NCBI GenBank assembly: GCA_049521435.1
Contig: JBEKOU010000010.1
Coordinates: 4,454 to 68,453, forward strand
Source: Candidatus Dormibacteria bacterium
Lineage (GTDB): Bacteria > Chloroflexota > Dormibacteria > Aeolococcales > Aeolococcaceae
DNA: 64,000 bases
Reading direction: 5' to 3'
Shown here: positions 45,066-53,229 of the stretch, piece by piece
Numbering within the stretch: the first letter of the stretch is position 1
Layout of the letters: every line of letters starts with the position of its first letter
Notes under the pieces: model-generated
What the model saw: only the letters and a program-made list of their open reading frames with translations
Told to the model about the DNA's origin: nothing
Databases searched by the model: none
Program-made: the position numbers and the translations under genes

Positions 45066-45437
45066 TCAGTCGTCGGCGGGGGCCCGGCATGCGGGCGTGG
45101 CACCGGGAAGCCGATGCCGGAAGCGGGCCACCAGGCCGTACCCGGCCCAGGCCACCCAGGAGAATGGCGGCGTCAGGCATGGCCAGCTCACCAGCCGCCA
45201 CCACCCGTCACATGCCTGCAGTGCCTTCCCGATCGCCCGATGGCCGCGGTACACCTGACCCGCGCCGTCGACCCACCATGCCGCCGCGGATACGTCCCGC
45301 GCCATCAGGCCATATGCGGAAACGTCGAGCTGCTGTCCGGGCACGACGTCGGCATCCCGGAGCCTGCGCTGGGCCCACCGCGCACATGACGTGCAGAAGC
45401 CGCAGTCGCCGTCGAAGATGAGCAGCGGTCGGTTCAT
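45066..45437 (-). CDS. Thiol-disulfide oxidoreductase DCC (DUF393) family protein
   Basis: N-terminus LLIFDGDCGFCTSCARW. Confidence 0.75.
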   Translation of the reverse strand: MNRPLLIFDGDCGFCTSCARWAQRRLRDADVVPGQQLDVSAYGLMARDVSAAAWWVDGAGQVYRGHRAIGKALQACDGWWRLVSWPCLTPPFSWVAWAGYGLVARFRHRLPGATPACRAPADD

Positions 45438-45482
45438 CCGCCGAGACCCGGTCCCGGGCGCGGCGAGCGCCGGGCCGGCAGA

Positions 45483-46460
45483 TCAGCTGCGCGGAGCACC
45501 GCTTCGCAGACCCCGCTGCCGGACCAGCGACCGGCCGAGCAGGAGCGCGTTGCGCGGATGCTCGCCGACCCGGCGCACCGCGTAGGGCCACCAGGCGACC
45601 CCGAACGGAATGTAGAGCCGCACCGCGTGGCCCTGAGCTCGCAAACGCCGCTCGCCCTCCCGGTGGGCACCGTAGAGGAACTCGAACTCATAGCCGTCCT
45701 GGGGCACGCCCATCTCGCGGGCGAGCCCGGCGACCCGCCCGATGAGCACGTCGTCGTGAGTGGCGAAGACCGGGTGCAGACCGGCCTCGCGGGCCGGCGG
45801 GCTGAGCATCGTGCGTGCCAGCGCGAGGTAGCTGCGCGCGATGGCGACTTTCCCCTGGTGGTCGTGCTCCGGCCCGCGGGGGAAGGCTCCCTTCACCAGG
45901 CGGACCGCCGGCGCGCGCGTGACCACGCTCTGGAGGTCTTCCCCGGTGCGCCGGAGTCGGGCCTGCAGGGTCACCGCGGCCGGGAGCCCCTGGTCGAGGA
46001 GGCCCCGCTGCAGGCGGAGCGTCGGCTCCACCAGGGAGAGATCCTCCATGTCCAGCATCAGGAAGTTGCGTCCGACCACGGGCTGTGCGGCCACGGAGCG
46101 GGCGATGCGCTCCGCGTTGGCGCGGCAGAGGTCCGGGCTCGCCAGCTGGCCGATCGCAGTGGGGTCGACGGAGACCTGGACGTCGAGGGCGGCCGCGCCC
46201 AGGAGCCGGGAGACGGCCAGCGACGCCTCGACGGTGCGTCCGATCATCACCGGGTCGTTGACGTACTCGCCGAGGTAGGAGAGCGACGCCGAGATGCCCC
46301 GCCCGCCGCGCAGCCGGCGCGCCGTGGCCACCGCGGCGTCCGGTCCTCCCACCACCACGAAGCGCCGGGCGAGCGCGGTGGCTCCGGCGTGACGCTGCAT
46401 GAGGGCCGTGACCCGCTCACTCCGCGCCAGGCGGATCATCGTCTGCTGCCAGAGATCCAC
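45483..46460 (-). CDS. Proline dehydrogenase family protein
   Basis: 325 aa. SLSYLGEY, VSVDPTAIG, LMLDMEDLS, VRLVKGAF, ATHD and RLYIPFG fit a monofunctional PRODH. Confidence 0.7.
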   Translation of the reverse strand: MDLWQQTMIRLARSERVTALMQRHAGATALARRFVVVGGPDAAVATARRLRGGRGISASLSYLGEYVNDPVMIGRTVEASLAVSRLLGAAALDVQVSVDPTAIGQLASPDLCRANAERIARSVAAQPVVGRNFLMLDMEDLSLVEPTLRLQRGLLDQGLPAAVTLQARLRRTGEDLQSVVTRAPAVRLVKGAFPRGPEHDHQGKVAIARSYLALARTMLSPPAREAGLHPVFATHDDVLIGRVAGLAREMGVPQDGYEFEFLYGAHREGERRLRAQGHAVRLYIPFGVAWWPYAVRRVGEHPRNALLLGRSLVRQRGLRSGAPRS

Positions 46461-46503
46461 GGAGCCTCCAGTGGCTGGGCGGCGGGGTCGCGGTTAAACG
46501 GGG

Positions 46504-46553
46504 ATGTGGTACCCGCTACAGGACTCGAACCTGTGACCAAGGGATCAAGATCC
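46504..46553 (-). repeat. Partial copy of the tRNA-Lys 3' half (att-like direct repeat)
   Basis: 46504-46545 is identical to 47400-47441 (42 nt). Similarity continues for about 8 nt with one mismatch and one indel. No D-arm or 5' acceptor strand lies upstream, so this is not a tRNA gene. Confidence 0.85.
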
Positions 46554-46714
46554 GAGCCGGTGCAATCTCGGCGTCAGTTCTCTCGTGTCGGAGTAAGCAT
46601 GATCACACGCTGGCATGCGCAGAAGGTCCGGACCCGAAACGCAGGGCGCGATGATGGCGGCTCACCCGCCCGCGCGACTCTCGGGGCGCACCGCGACGAG
46701 CGGACTGATCGGAG

Positions 46715-47320
46715 GTGGCGACAGTGAACCGGGCACTCGCCGCGATGGCCCGTCAGTGGCCTTGGTGGGTTACGGTCGCCGTCTCCGTGGCGCTCCTGGT
46801 CCTCGGCTGTGTGCTGCTCGTCGGCGCGGTGAATGCGGATCAGACCGCCTATCCCTTCGTGGCGAGCGGCAGTTGCCCCAGGGGATTCATCTCCTTCCTC
46901 ATGGGCCCGACCCGCCAGCCGACCTGCGAATCGAGCCTAACCCACGCTCCAGACCGGATAGCCCAGACGTACACGGGGATGACGATCGCTGCGGTGGGGC
47001 TCGCTCTGGGCCTCGTCGCCTGGGCCCGCGCTCTGCGCCGCGCTCGGTGGCACCGGCTCCTGCTCTGGATCCCACTGGAGGCGCTCGACTTGCTGGTGAT
47101 CTCCGTGGTGGGCGTGAGCGTGAGCCTTCGGGATCTGTATCTGTTCTGTTGGGAAGCCCCATGCCCCTCAACGCCGCCAGAGCTACCCGGGGCGACCGCG
47201 GCATTCAACGTCGTCGACAGCGTCTCCCTCGCGGAGCTGGGGGTGGTCTTGGCGGCGGCCGCGGTCACGGTCCTCGTGGTCGTCGGCAAGGTGGTTCGTC
47301 GATCCGAACCTCCCGCCTGA
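46715..47320 (+). CDS. Hypothetical 4-TM membrane protein (cargo of the tRNA-flanked insert)
   Basis: 201 aa. GTG start preceded by GGAGG. Four hydrophobic segments, with Cys-containing loops (GSCPRG..QPTCES; CWEAPC). Confidence 0.55.
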   Translation: MATVNRALAAMARQWPWWVTVAVSVALLVLGCVLLVGAVNADQTAYPFVASGSCPRGFISFLMGPTRQPTCESSLTHAPDRIAQTYTGMTIAAVGLALGLVAWARALRRARWHRLLLWIPLEALDLLVISVVGVSVSLRDLYLFCWEAPCPSTPPELPGATAAFNVVDSVSLAELGVVLAAAAVTVLVVVGKVVRRSEPPA

Positions 47321-47402
47321 CCAGCGTGCTGCCAGCGCTGCTGTCAGACCGCTGGCGCCGTGCCGTCGACACAGCATGAGCCCAGTTGTTGAATTCAGAA
47401 TG

Positions 47403-47478
47403 TGGTACCCGCTACAGGACTCGAACCTGTGACCAAGGGATTAAGAGTCCCCTGCTCTACCAACTGAGCTAAGCGGGC
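47403..47478 (-). tRNA. tRNA-Lys (anticodon CTT), CCA encoded
   Basis: The reverse complement GCCCGCTTAGCTCAGTTGGTAGAGCAGGGGACTCTTAATCCCTTGGTCACAGGTTCGAGTCCTGTAGCGGGTACCA folds as a cloverleaf. It has a GCTC/GAGC D stem, GGGGA/TCCCT anticodon stem, CTCTTAA loop and ACAGG/CCTGT T stem. Confidence 0.92.
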
Positions 47479-47531
47479 CAGTCCAGGGCCGGCGATCGGA
47501 GCCGCCGCCGGCCACCCCTCGGCGACCGATT

Positions 47532-48320
47532 CTACCGCCGCACGGCGCCGGCGCTCGGCGAGCCGGGGCGGCCTCCGACCACCCCGCGCCACCGCTTCAG
47601 GTTCAATTCGAGCAGCGAACGGCGCTGCTGACCCAGCCGCAGGGAGAGCGGCGGGCCGGCCGGGTCGAGCGCGCGGAGTGGCGAGGTGGTGCGGCCCTCG
47701 ATGGCCCGGCGGAGGTCGGCGGCGCCTCTCCCCGGGTAGACCGAGACCAGTCGGCCCAGGTCGTGGACCCCGAAGTGGCTGTCCCCGGCCGCCAGCATCG
47801 CCCCCACCCGCTCCCGGTGAGCGGCGCAGAAGTCGTCCAGCCGCTTCCAGGTGCCGGGGAGCACCGGAGCGGTGTGGCGGACCTCGATCCCGTCGACGGC
47901 CCGCGTCTCCAGGAGGCGGCGGAGCCGGCCCTCGGTGATCGACGCGAACCAGGTGGGCATGAACGGATGGGCCACCACCGCCAAGCCGCCGGCGTCGTGG
48001 ATGGCGTCGACGGTGTCCTCCACCGGCATGTGCATCCGGATCGCCCGGTCGATGAAGAGGGCCACCACGTGGATCCCGGGGGGGAAGGCGCAGGTCACCT
48101 CCTCACCCGCCACCACGTCGACGCCCAGCTCGGCGCCGACCTCGGTGGCCTCCTCCAGGGGGGAGAGGGTGTCGTGGTCGGTGATGCAGATGACCGAGAG
48201 CCCGATGGCGGCGGCGGCGCGCACCAGCTCCACCGCGGTGACCATGCCGTCGCTCTCCAGGGTGTGGCTGTGGGCCTCGGCGACGCTCAGCCCGGCGCCG
48301 ACCCGGATGCGATCAGGCAT
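47532..48320 (-). CDS. PHP-domain metal-dependent phosphoesterase
   Basis: AHSHTLESDGM, ICITDHDT and VVAHPF motifs. ATG 48320 overlaps the upstream PAP2 gene end by 8 nt. Confidence 0.75.
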   Translation of the reverse strand: MPDRIRVGAGLSVAEAHSHTLESDGMVTAVELVRAAAAIGLSVICITDHDTLSPLEEATEVGAELGVDVVAGEEVTCAFPPGIHVVALFIDRAIRMHMPVEDTVDAIHDAGGLAVVAHPFMPTWFASITEGRLRRLLETRAVDGIEVRHTAPVLPGTWKRLDDFCAAHRERVGAMLAAGDSHFGVHDLGRLVSVYPGRGAADLRRAIEGRTTSPLRALDPAGPPLSLRLGQQRRSLLELNLKRWRGVVGGRPGSPSAGAVRR

Positions 48321-49305
48321 GGGCGCCCTGCGGCGGTGCGGGGGTTGCCTCGAGGGCGGGACGGGCGGTGCGGAGGACGGTGACGTGGGGCACGACGACA
48401 CGCATCATCACCCACCAGGAACCCGCGGCCAGCAGCACCCCCCCGATCACGTCGACGACGTAGTGCTCGCCGAGGAAGACGACACTGATGAAGACCAGGA
48501 GGGACCAGCCGAAGAGGATCCAGGAGCCACGCGGGTAGACGCGCCGCAGGGCCAGCCAGCCGAGGGTGGGGAAGGCCGCGTGCAGCGAGGGGAAGGCGGC
48601 GGTCGAGTTGGGGTTGAGCAGGCTGTAGAACGGGCTGATCGCGCTGGGCAGGGTGTGCTGCGAGTTGATCAGGTCGGTGACCCCGGCCAGCATGTGGTCC
48701 TGGGCCGCGTACCAGGGCGGCGCCGTCGGCACCAGCATGAAGAAGACGAACCCGACCAAGCACATCCCGAGCAGCGCGGTGACGAAGCGCAGGTACTGGG
48801 CACGGTCCTTGAGCCAGAGCACCAGGCCCACCAGCAGTGGCACCACGAAATGGCAGAAGTAGACGATGGTCGCGGCCACCGCCAGCACGTGCAGGGTGGT
48901 GCCGCTCACCGCGTGCTGCAGGACCTGGCTGGGATCGTGGCCGAAGAAGAGCCACTTCTCGAGGTTGGCGAGGCTCGCCACCTGGGGTGCGATCCCGTCG
49001 TTGTGGACGATCCCGCGCATCGCCTCCCACCCCAGGAAGATGGCGATGAACGGGACCCAGTCGCCGAGGAAACGGAAGAACCGGCCGCTGAGCAGGGCCA
49101 CCGGGATGAAGACAAGCAGGAGGTAGTCGGGCGAGACCGAGATCCCGCGCCAGATCATGATCCCCGCCACCACCACGACATAGGCGAGCCCCACGGCGAC
49201 CATCGGGCCGGAGCGGCGGGCCCAGGCGGGGCGGCGGCTGAGCCAGGCGACCACGCCGGCGGCCTTGGAGGACATTCGGGGCAGTCTAGCGACCCGGCTC
49301 TTCAT
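48313..49305 (-). CDS. PAP2_3 (AUR1/IPC-synthase-like) membrane phosphatase/phosphotransferase family protein
   Basis: Polytopic protein with FPSLHAAF and GEHYVVDVIGG motifs. Confidence 0.7.
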   Translation of the reverse strand: MKSRVARLPRMSSKAAGVVAWLSRRPAWARRSGPMVAVGLAYVVVVAGIMIWRGISVSPDYLLLVFIPVALLSGRFFRFLGDWVPFIAIFLGWEAMRGIVHNDGIAPQVASLANLEKWLFFGHDPSQVLQHAVSGTTLHVLAVAATIVYFCHFVVPLLVGLVLWLKDRAQYLRFVTALLGMCLVGFVFFMLVPTAPPWYAAQDHMLAGVTDLINSQHTLPSAISPFYSLLNPNSTAAFPSLHAAFPTLGWLALRRVYPRGSWILFGWSLLVFISVVFLGEHYVVDVIGGVLLAAGSWWVMMRVVVPHVTVLRTARPALEATPAPPQGAHA

Positions 49306-49422
49306 CCCCTCTTAACCGGCCTCCGGCCGTCCCGGGATCCGGGTTGGCAGCGCTGAGAGGTCGATGAGAAGCGGGCGCCGGTCCGATGAGCGGACCAATT
49401 GGCCCATATACTCGGAGCCGAG

Positions 49423-50118
49423 ATGACCGAACGGGGCCGCATCCTGGTGGTCGACGACGAGCCGGCGATCACCGATTTCATCGCCCTCGGCCTGCACCAC
49501 GAGGGCTACCAGGTGGCCACCGCCGGCGACGGGCACCAGGGGCTGCGCGCCGTCAACGAGTTCAAGCCGGACCTGGTGATCCTCGATGTGATGATGCCCC
49601 GGCTGGACGGCTTCGAGCTCTGCAGGGCGATCGCCGGCGAGCCGCGGCGGGGGATCATCATCCTGAGCGCTCGCGACGAGACCACCGATCGCATTCACGG
49701 CCTGGAGCTGGGCGCCGACGACTACCTGGTCAAGCCCTTCGAGTTCGGGGAGCTGCTGGCCCGGGTCAAGGCGGTGCTGCGGCGGCGCACCCCCGACCTC
49801 AACCGGGTGGTGCGGGTGGGCGACCTCACCATCGACACCGCGACCCGCGAGGTCCGGGTGGGCGAGCGCCAGCTCGACCTCTCGGTGCGCGAGTACGACC
49901 TCCTCCATTTCCTCGCCGTGCACTCCGACGAGGTGATGCTCCGCCAGCGCATCCTCGACGAGGTCTGGGGTTACAACTTCTTCGGCGACGAGAACAACGT
50001 CGAGGTCTACATCCGCTACCTCCGCCAGAAGCTGGCGGACGCGGACCACCAGCGCATCCAGACCGTGCGCGGCGTCGGCTACCGGCTGCACGCGGTCGGC
50101 GGGGTGGCGCCGGAGTGA
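49423..50118 (+). CDS. OmpR-family response regulator
   Basis: Receiver ILVVDDEP..DLVILDVMMPRLDG and a winged-helix C-terminus (IRYLRQKL..IQTVRGVGYRL). GGAG lies 5 nt upstream of ATG 49423. Confidence 0.9.
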   Translation: MTERGRILVVDDEPAITDFIALGLHHEGYQVATAGDGHQGLRAVNEFKPDLVILDVMMPRLDGFELCRAIAGEPRRGIIILSARDETTDRIHGLELGADDYLVKPFEFGELLARVKAVLRRRTPDLNRVVRVGDLTIDTATREVRVGERQLDLSVREYDLLHFLAVHSDEVMLRQRILDEVWGYNFFGDENNVEVYIRYLRQKLADADHQRIQTVRGVGYRLHAVGGVAPE

Positions 50119-50127
50119 GGTGACCCC

Positions 50128-51594
50128 GTGAGCCGCATCGGCCGGGCGCTGCGCAGCCTCCGCTGGCGGCTCACCCTCACCTACCTGGTGCTCATCGCGG
50201 TCCTGCTGGCGGGGCTCGGCACCTTCCAGTATCTCAGCCTCCGGAGCAGCCTCATCGACGGCCGCGTCCAGGCCCTGGGCGGCGACCTGCTGGCGGCGCA
50301 GAAGCTGTATGCGAGCGGCGATCTGACCTCCACAGCGGCCGCCGCCAAGGTCCGCACCCTGGCAACCCTGATCCGCTCGGCGTCGGGTCAGTCCGTGACG
50401 GTCGCGCTCTTCGGTCCCGCGGGCGTCCGGCGCGTCGTGATCCCCGCCGGCGCCGATCCTCCGCAGCTGGATCCGGGCCCCTTCGACACGCTCATCTCTC
50501 AGGGTGCCGAGCAGCACGAGATCGTCGGTTCGGACCTGGTCGCCGGCTTCCCGGTGGGGGTCAAGGACCCCACGCTGGTCCGCACCACCGCGGTGGTCGA
50601 GGTCTCCGAGCCGATGACGCCGATCGACAACGTGCTCTCCGGCGACGTCGAGGGGCTCGCCCTCGGAGGCGGCGTGCTCCTGCTCCTGGTGCTGCTCCTC
50701 GGCCTCCTCCTCACCAGCACCGCCCTTCGTCCCCTCCGCCGCCTCACCGACACCGCCGGGCAGCTGGCGAGCGGCGACCTGCGCGCCCGGAGCCGGCTGG
50801 TCCCCCGTGCCGACGAGGTCGGGCAGCTGGCCAGCGCCTTCGATCACATGGCGGACCGGATCGAGGACGCCTTCGCGGCCCAGGTCGAGTCGGAGAACCG
50901 GGTGCGGCGATTCATCGCCGATGCCTCGCACGAGCTGCGAACGCCGGTCACCGCGCTGGCCGGCTACATCGACGTCCTGCGCCGCGGCGCCGCCCAGAGC
51001 CCGCAGGCGATGGACGCCGCCCTCGGCATGATGGCGCGGGAGTCGGATCGGCTCCGGGTGCTGGTGCTCGACCTGCTCACCCTGGCCCGGGTGGACGCGC
51101 GCAGCCAGCAGAGGCCGGAGGACTTTGACCTGGTGGCGGCGCTGGGCCGCTTGCTCGACGAGAGCGTCCCCGGGATGCCGCCGCAGGTGGTTCGCGATCT
51201 ATCGGGATCCCCGGTGATCGTGCGCTGCGACCGCGGGGCTCTCGCCACCGTCGTCCGCAACCTCCTCACCAACGCCGGCAAGTACGCACCCGGGGCACGC
51301 CAGGAGTGGTCGGTGCGTGTGGACGGCGCCCGCGCAAGGGTGGACGCGCACGACGACGGGCCGGGCATCCCGGCTGCCGACCTCCCCCACGTCTTCGAGC
51401 GCTTCTATCGCGGGGAGAAGACGCGGTCCCGGGAGGAGGGGGGCAGCGGCCTCGGGCTCTCCATCGTGCAGGGGCTGGTCCGCGCCCAGGGCGGCGAGGT
51501 CGCCATCACGAGCGCCGAGGGCGCCGGGACCACGGTCACCTTCTGGCTGCCGCTGTCGGGTGATGGCCGGCAGGGCGCTCCCGCACCCCGTTAG
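50128..51594 (+). CDS. Sensor histidine kinase (2 TM, HAMP, HisKA, HATPase)
   Basis: H-box ASHELRTPVTAL, N-box NLLTNAGKY, DDGPGI and GGSGLGLSIV. Confidence 0.9.
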   Translation: MSRIGRALRSLRWRLTLTYLVLIAVLLAGLGTFQYLSLRSSLIDGRVQALGGDLLAAQKLYASGDLTSTAAAAKVRTLATLIRSASGQSVTVALFGPAGVRRVVIPAGADPPQLDPGPFDTLISQGAEQHEIVGSDLVAGFPVGVKDPTLVRTTAVVEVSEPMTPIDNVLSGDVEGLALGGGVLLLLVLLLGLLLTSTALRPLRRLTDTAGQLASGDLRARSRLVPRADEVGQLASAFDHMADRIEDAFAAQVESENRVRRFIADASHELRTPVTALAGYIDVLRRGAAQSPQAMDAALGMMARESDRLRVLVLDLLTLARVDARSQQRPEDFDLVAALGRLLDESVPGMPPQVVRDLSGSPVIVRCDRGALATVVRNLLTNAGKYAPGARQEWSVRVDGARARVDAHDDGPGIPAADLPHVFERFYRGEKTRSREEGGSGLGLSIVQGLVRAQGGEVAITSAEGAGTTVTFWLPLSGDGRQGAPAPR

Positions 51595-51613
51595 GTCGCG
51601 CCGCGGGTCGGGC

Positions 51614-52435
51614 TCAGCGGCGCTTCCGTCCCACTAGAGTGCAAACGTTCATGCCGATCAGCATCGGCAGAAGGATGAGGCCGGGAATCGCGAACCGCCA
51701 ACCGCTGGGTGAGCTCGCCACCGCCAGCGCGGCGAAGACGATCGCCGCCACAGCGAAGCCCAGCCCGATGACGGCGAACCGGCGGGCGGCGGCGCGCGCC
51801 TCCGGACGGGGCGTCCTACCGGTGACGGGCGGCCGCCATCCGGTGATGGGGTGTCCCAGCCACTCCTGCAGCGCAGCCACGCTCCCTGCCAGGTGGGGGT
51901 CGGACAGCCCCACGTTGCCCGCCGCGAGCTGGACGTGGGATCCGTCGGTCCGCGCGAGACCCACGATCTGCGAGTACGGCTGCCCCATGAAGTTGACGGG
52001 CTTCACCTCCACTCCCAGGATGTCGCTGCGCTCGAGCACGTGTGTCCGGAAGAGGGTGCGAACGATCAGGCGCTCACCGGCAGCGGAGACCCCCGTGTGC
52101 CAGATGTGCCAGACCCACAGTGGGCTGGTGAGAGCCATCGCGTTGACGAGCGCGGTCATCAGGGTGTTGAACGCGACGAGCAGCGCCAGCGCTCCCGTGA
52201 TCGACCCTGTCCCGTGCTCCGCCATCTCGACATCGAGGAAGACGCTCACACCGAGGGTCAAAACTGCGAAGGCGAGTGCGGCGAACCTTGCTCGCGGAGG
52301 CGGCCCCACCAGCCGGGTCGCGCCGGCCCGCCGTGATCGCATCTCGGTCCGCTCCATCGACGGGTTCGGGTCGCTGCTCCGCCGCGACCCTCCATGGAGC
52401 CGGCGACGGACGACCACGATGCTACCCCCACTCAA
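51614..52435 (-). CDS. Hypothetical membrane protein
   Basis: 273-aa ORF with 2+2 TM segments flanking a soluble ~90-aa insert. Start uncertain. No family recognised. Confidence 0.45.
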   Translation of the reverse strand: MSGGSIVVVRRRLHGGSRRSSDPNPSMERTEMRSRRAGATRLVGPPPRARFAALAFAVLTLGVSVFLDVEMAEHGTGSITGALALLVAFNTLMTALVNAMALTSPLWVWHIWHTGVSAAGERLIVRTLFRTHVLERSDILGVEVKPVNFMGQPYSQIVGLARTDGSHVQLAAGNVGLSDPHLAGSVAALQEWLGHPITGWRPPVTGRTPRPEARAAARRFAVIGLGFAVAAIVFAALAVASSPSGWRFAIPGLILLPMLIGMNVCTLVGRKRR

Positions 52436-52472
52436 CGAGACCGATCAGGGCAGGTGCAGGATCGTCACCTCC

Positions 52473-53171
52473 TCAGCGCCGGCCGCGAGGGGATCGAGGC
52501 GCTGCCGGGTAAGCCTCCATCAGACCGGCGATGCTGGCCAGCCAGGCGTCGGTGATCTCCGCGACCGTCGCGCCCGCTGGGAAGGTCAGGGGTTCGCCCA
52601 GGACGATCCGCACCAGGCGGCGGAAGTGCCGCGGCCGGATCTCGCCGATGTGCACGATGTCCTCCAGTCCCCGGACGATCATCGGGACGAGCGGAGCACC
52701 GGTCTCCTGGACGATGCGCGCGGCTCCGCGCCGGGGACGCTTCTGCACCTCGCCGGGGGTGAAGCCGGCGGTGGCGATCCACACCACCCCGCCCGCCCGG
52801 ATCACCTCGCAGGCGCGGGTGAGCGTGTCGGATCGGGTGGGGATGCCGCCCACCGCGCGGAAGAACCACCCGAAGCTGCGCGATTCCCCGAAGCGCCGGT
52901 TGTAGATCGGCTGCACACGCCGGTCGACCAGGCCCAGCAGCGGGCCGTCGTAATACGAGCTGTGGTGCGCCGCGATGACGCACGCCTCACGCGGGATGTG
53001 GCCCTCGATGCGCACCTTGAAAACGAGGCGGAGCAGGGTCAGGACGACCGGCCGGACGATCCCGTTGGCGACCAGACCCTGAAACCACCGGCGCATCCCC
53101 GCGTCCTCTGCAGCCACTGGATCCGTCCGAGCGGCCGCATCTCCAGGGGGAGGGGCGCGTCTCGAAGCCAC
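52473..53171 (-). CDS. Lysophospholipid (PlsC-like) acyltransferase
   Basis: HX4D motif AAHHSSYYDGP. FFRAVGGIP and GTRS-like regions are also present. Confidence 0.7.
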   Translation of the reverse strand: MASRRAPPPGDAAARTDPVAAEDAGMRRWFQGLVANGIVRPVVLTLLRLVFKVRIEGHIPREACVIAAHHSSYYDGPLLGLVDRRVQPIYNRRFGESRSFGWFFRAVGGIPTRSDTLTRACEVIRAGGVVWIATAGFTPGEVQKRPRRGAARIVQETGAPLVPMIVRGLEDIVHIGEIRPRHFRRLVRIVLGEPLTFPAGATVAEITDAWLASIAGLMEAYPAAPRSPRGRR

Positions 53172-53229
53172 GGTGACGGCAGTCTACAGCGCGGTCTGCG
53201 GCTGCTCCCGTCGCTTGGCGGGTGCTCGG

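Larger units (their letters stand above)
46504..47450. mobile_element. Putative decayed or miniature integrated element at tRNA-Lys
   Basis: About 0.9 kb bounded by direct repeats of the tRNA 3' end. It carries a single membrane-protein gene and no recognisable integrase or excisionase. Confidence 0.4.

Noticed and set aside
46504-46580. A possible second tRNA gene next to the proline dehydrogenase gene
   Set aside because: Only the T-arm, acceptor 3' strand and part of the anticodon stem are present. The sequence upstream cannot form a D-arm, a 5' acceptor strand or a paired anticodon stem. It is treated as an att-like partial duplicate.
49312-50931. 539-aa minus-strand ORF
   Set aside because: It is antisense to the response regulator and histidine kinase genes.
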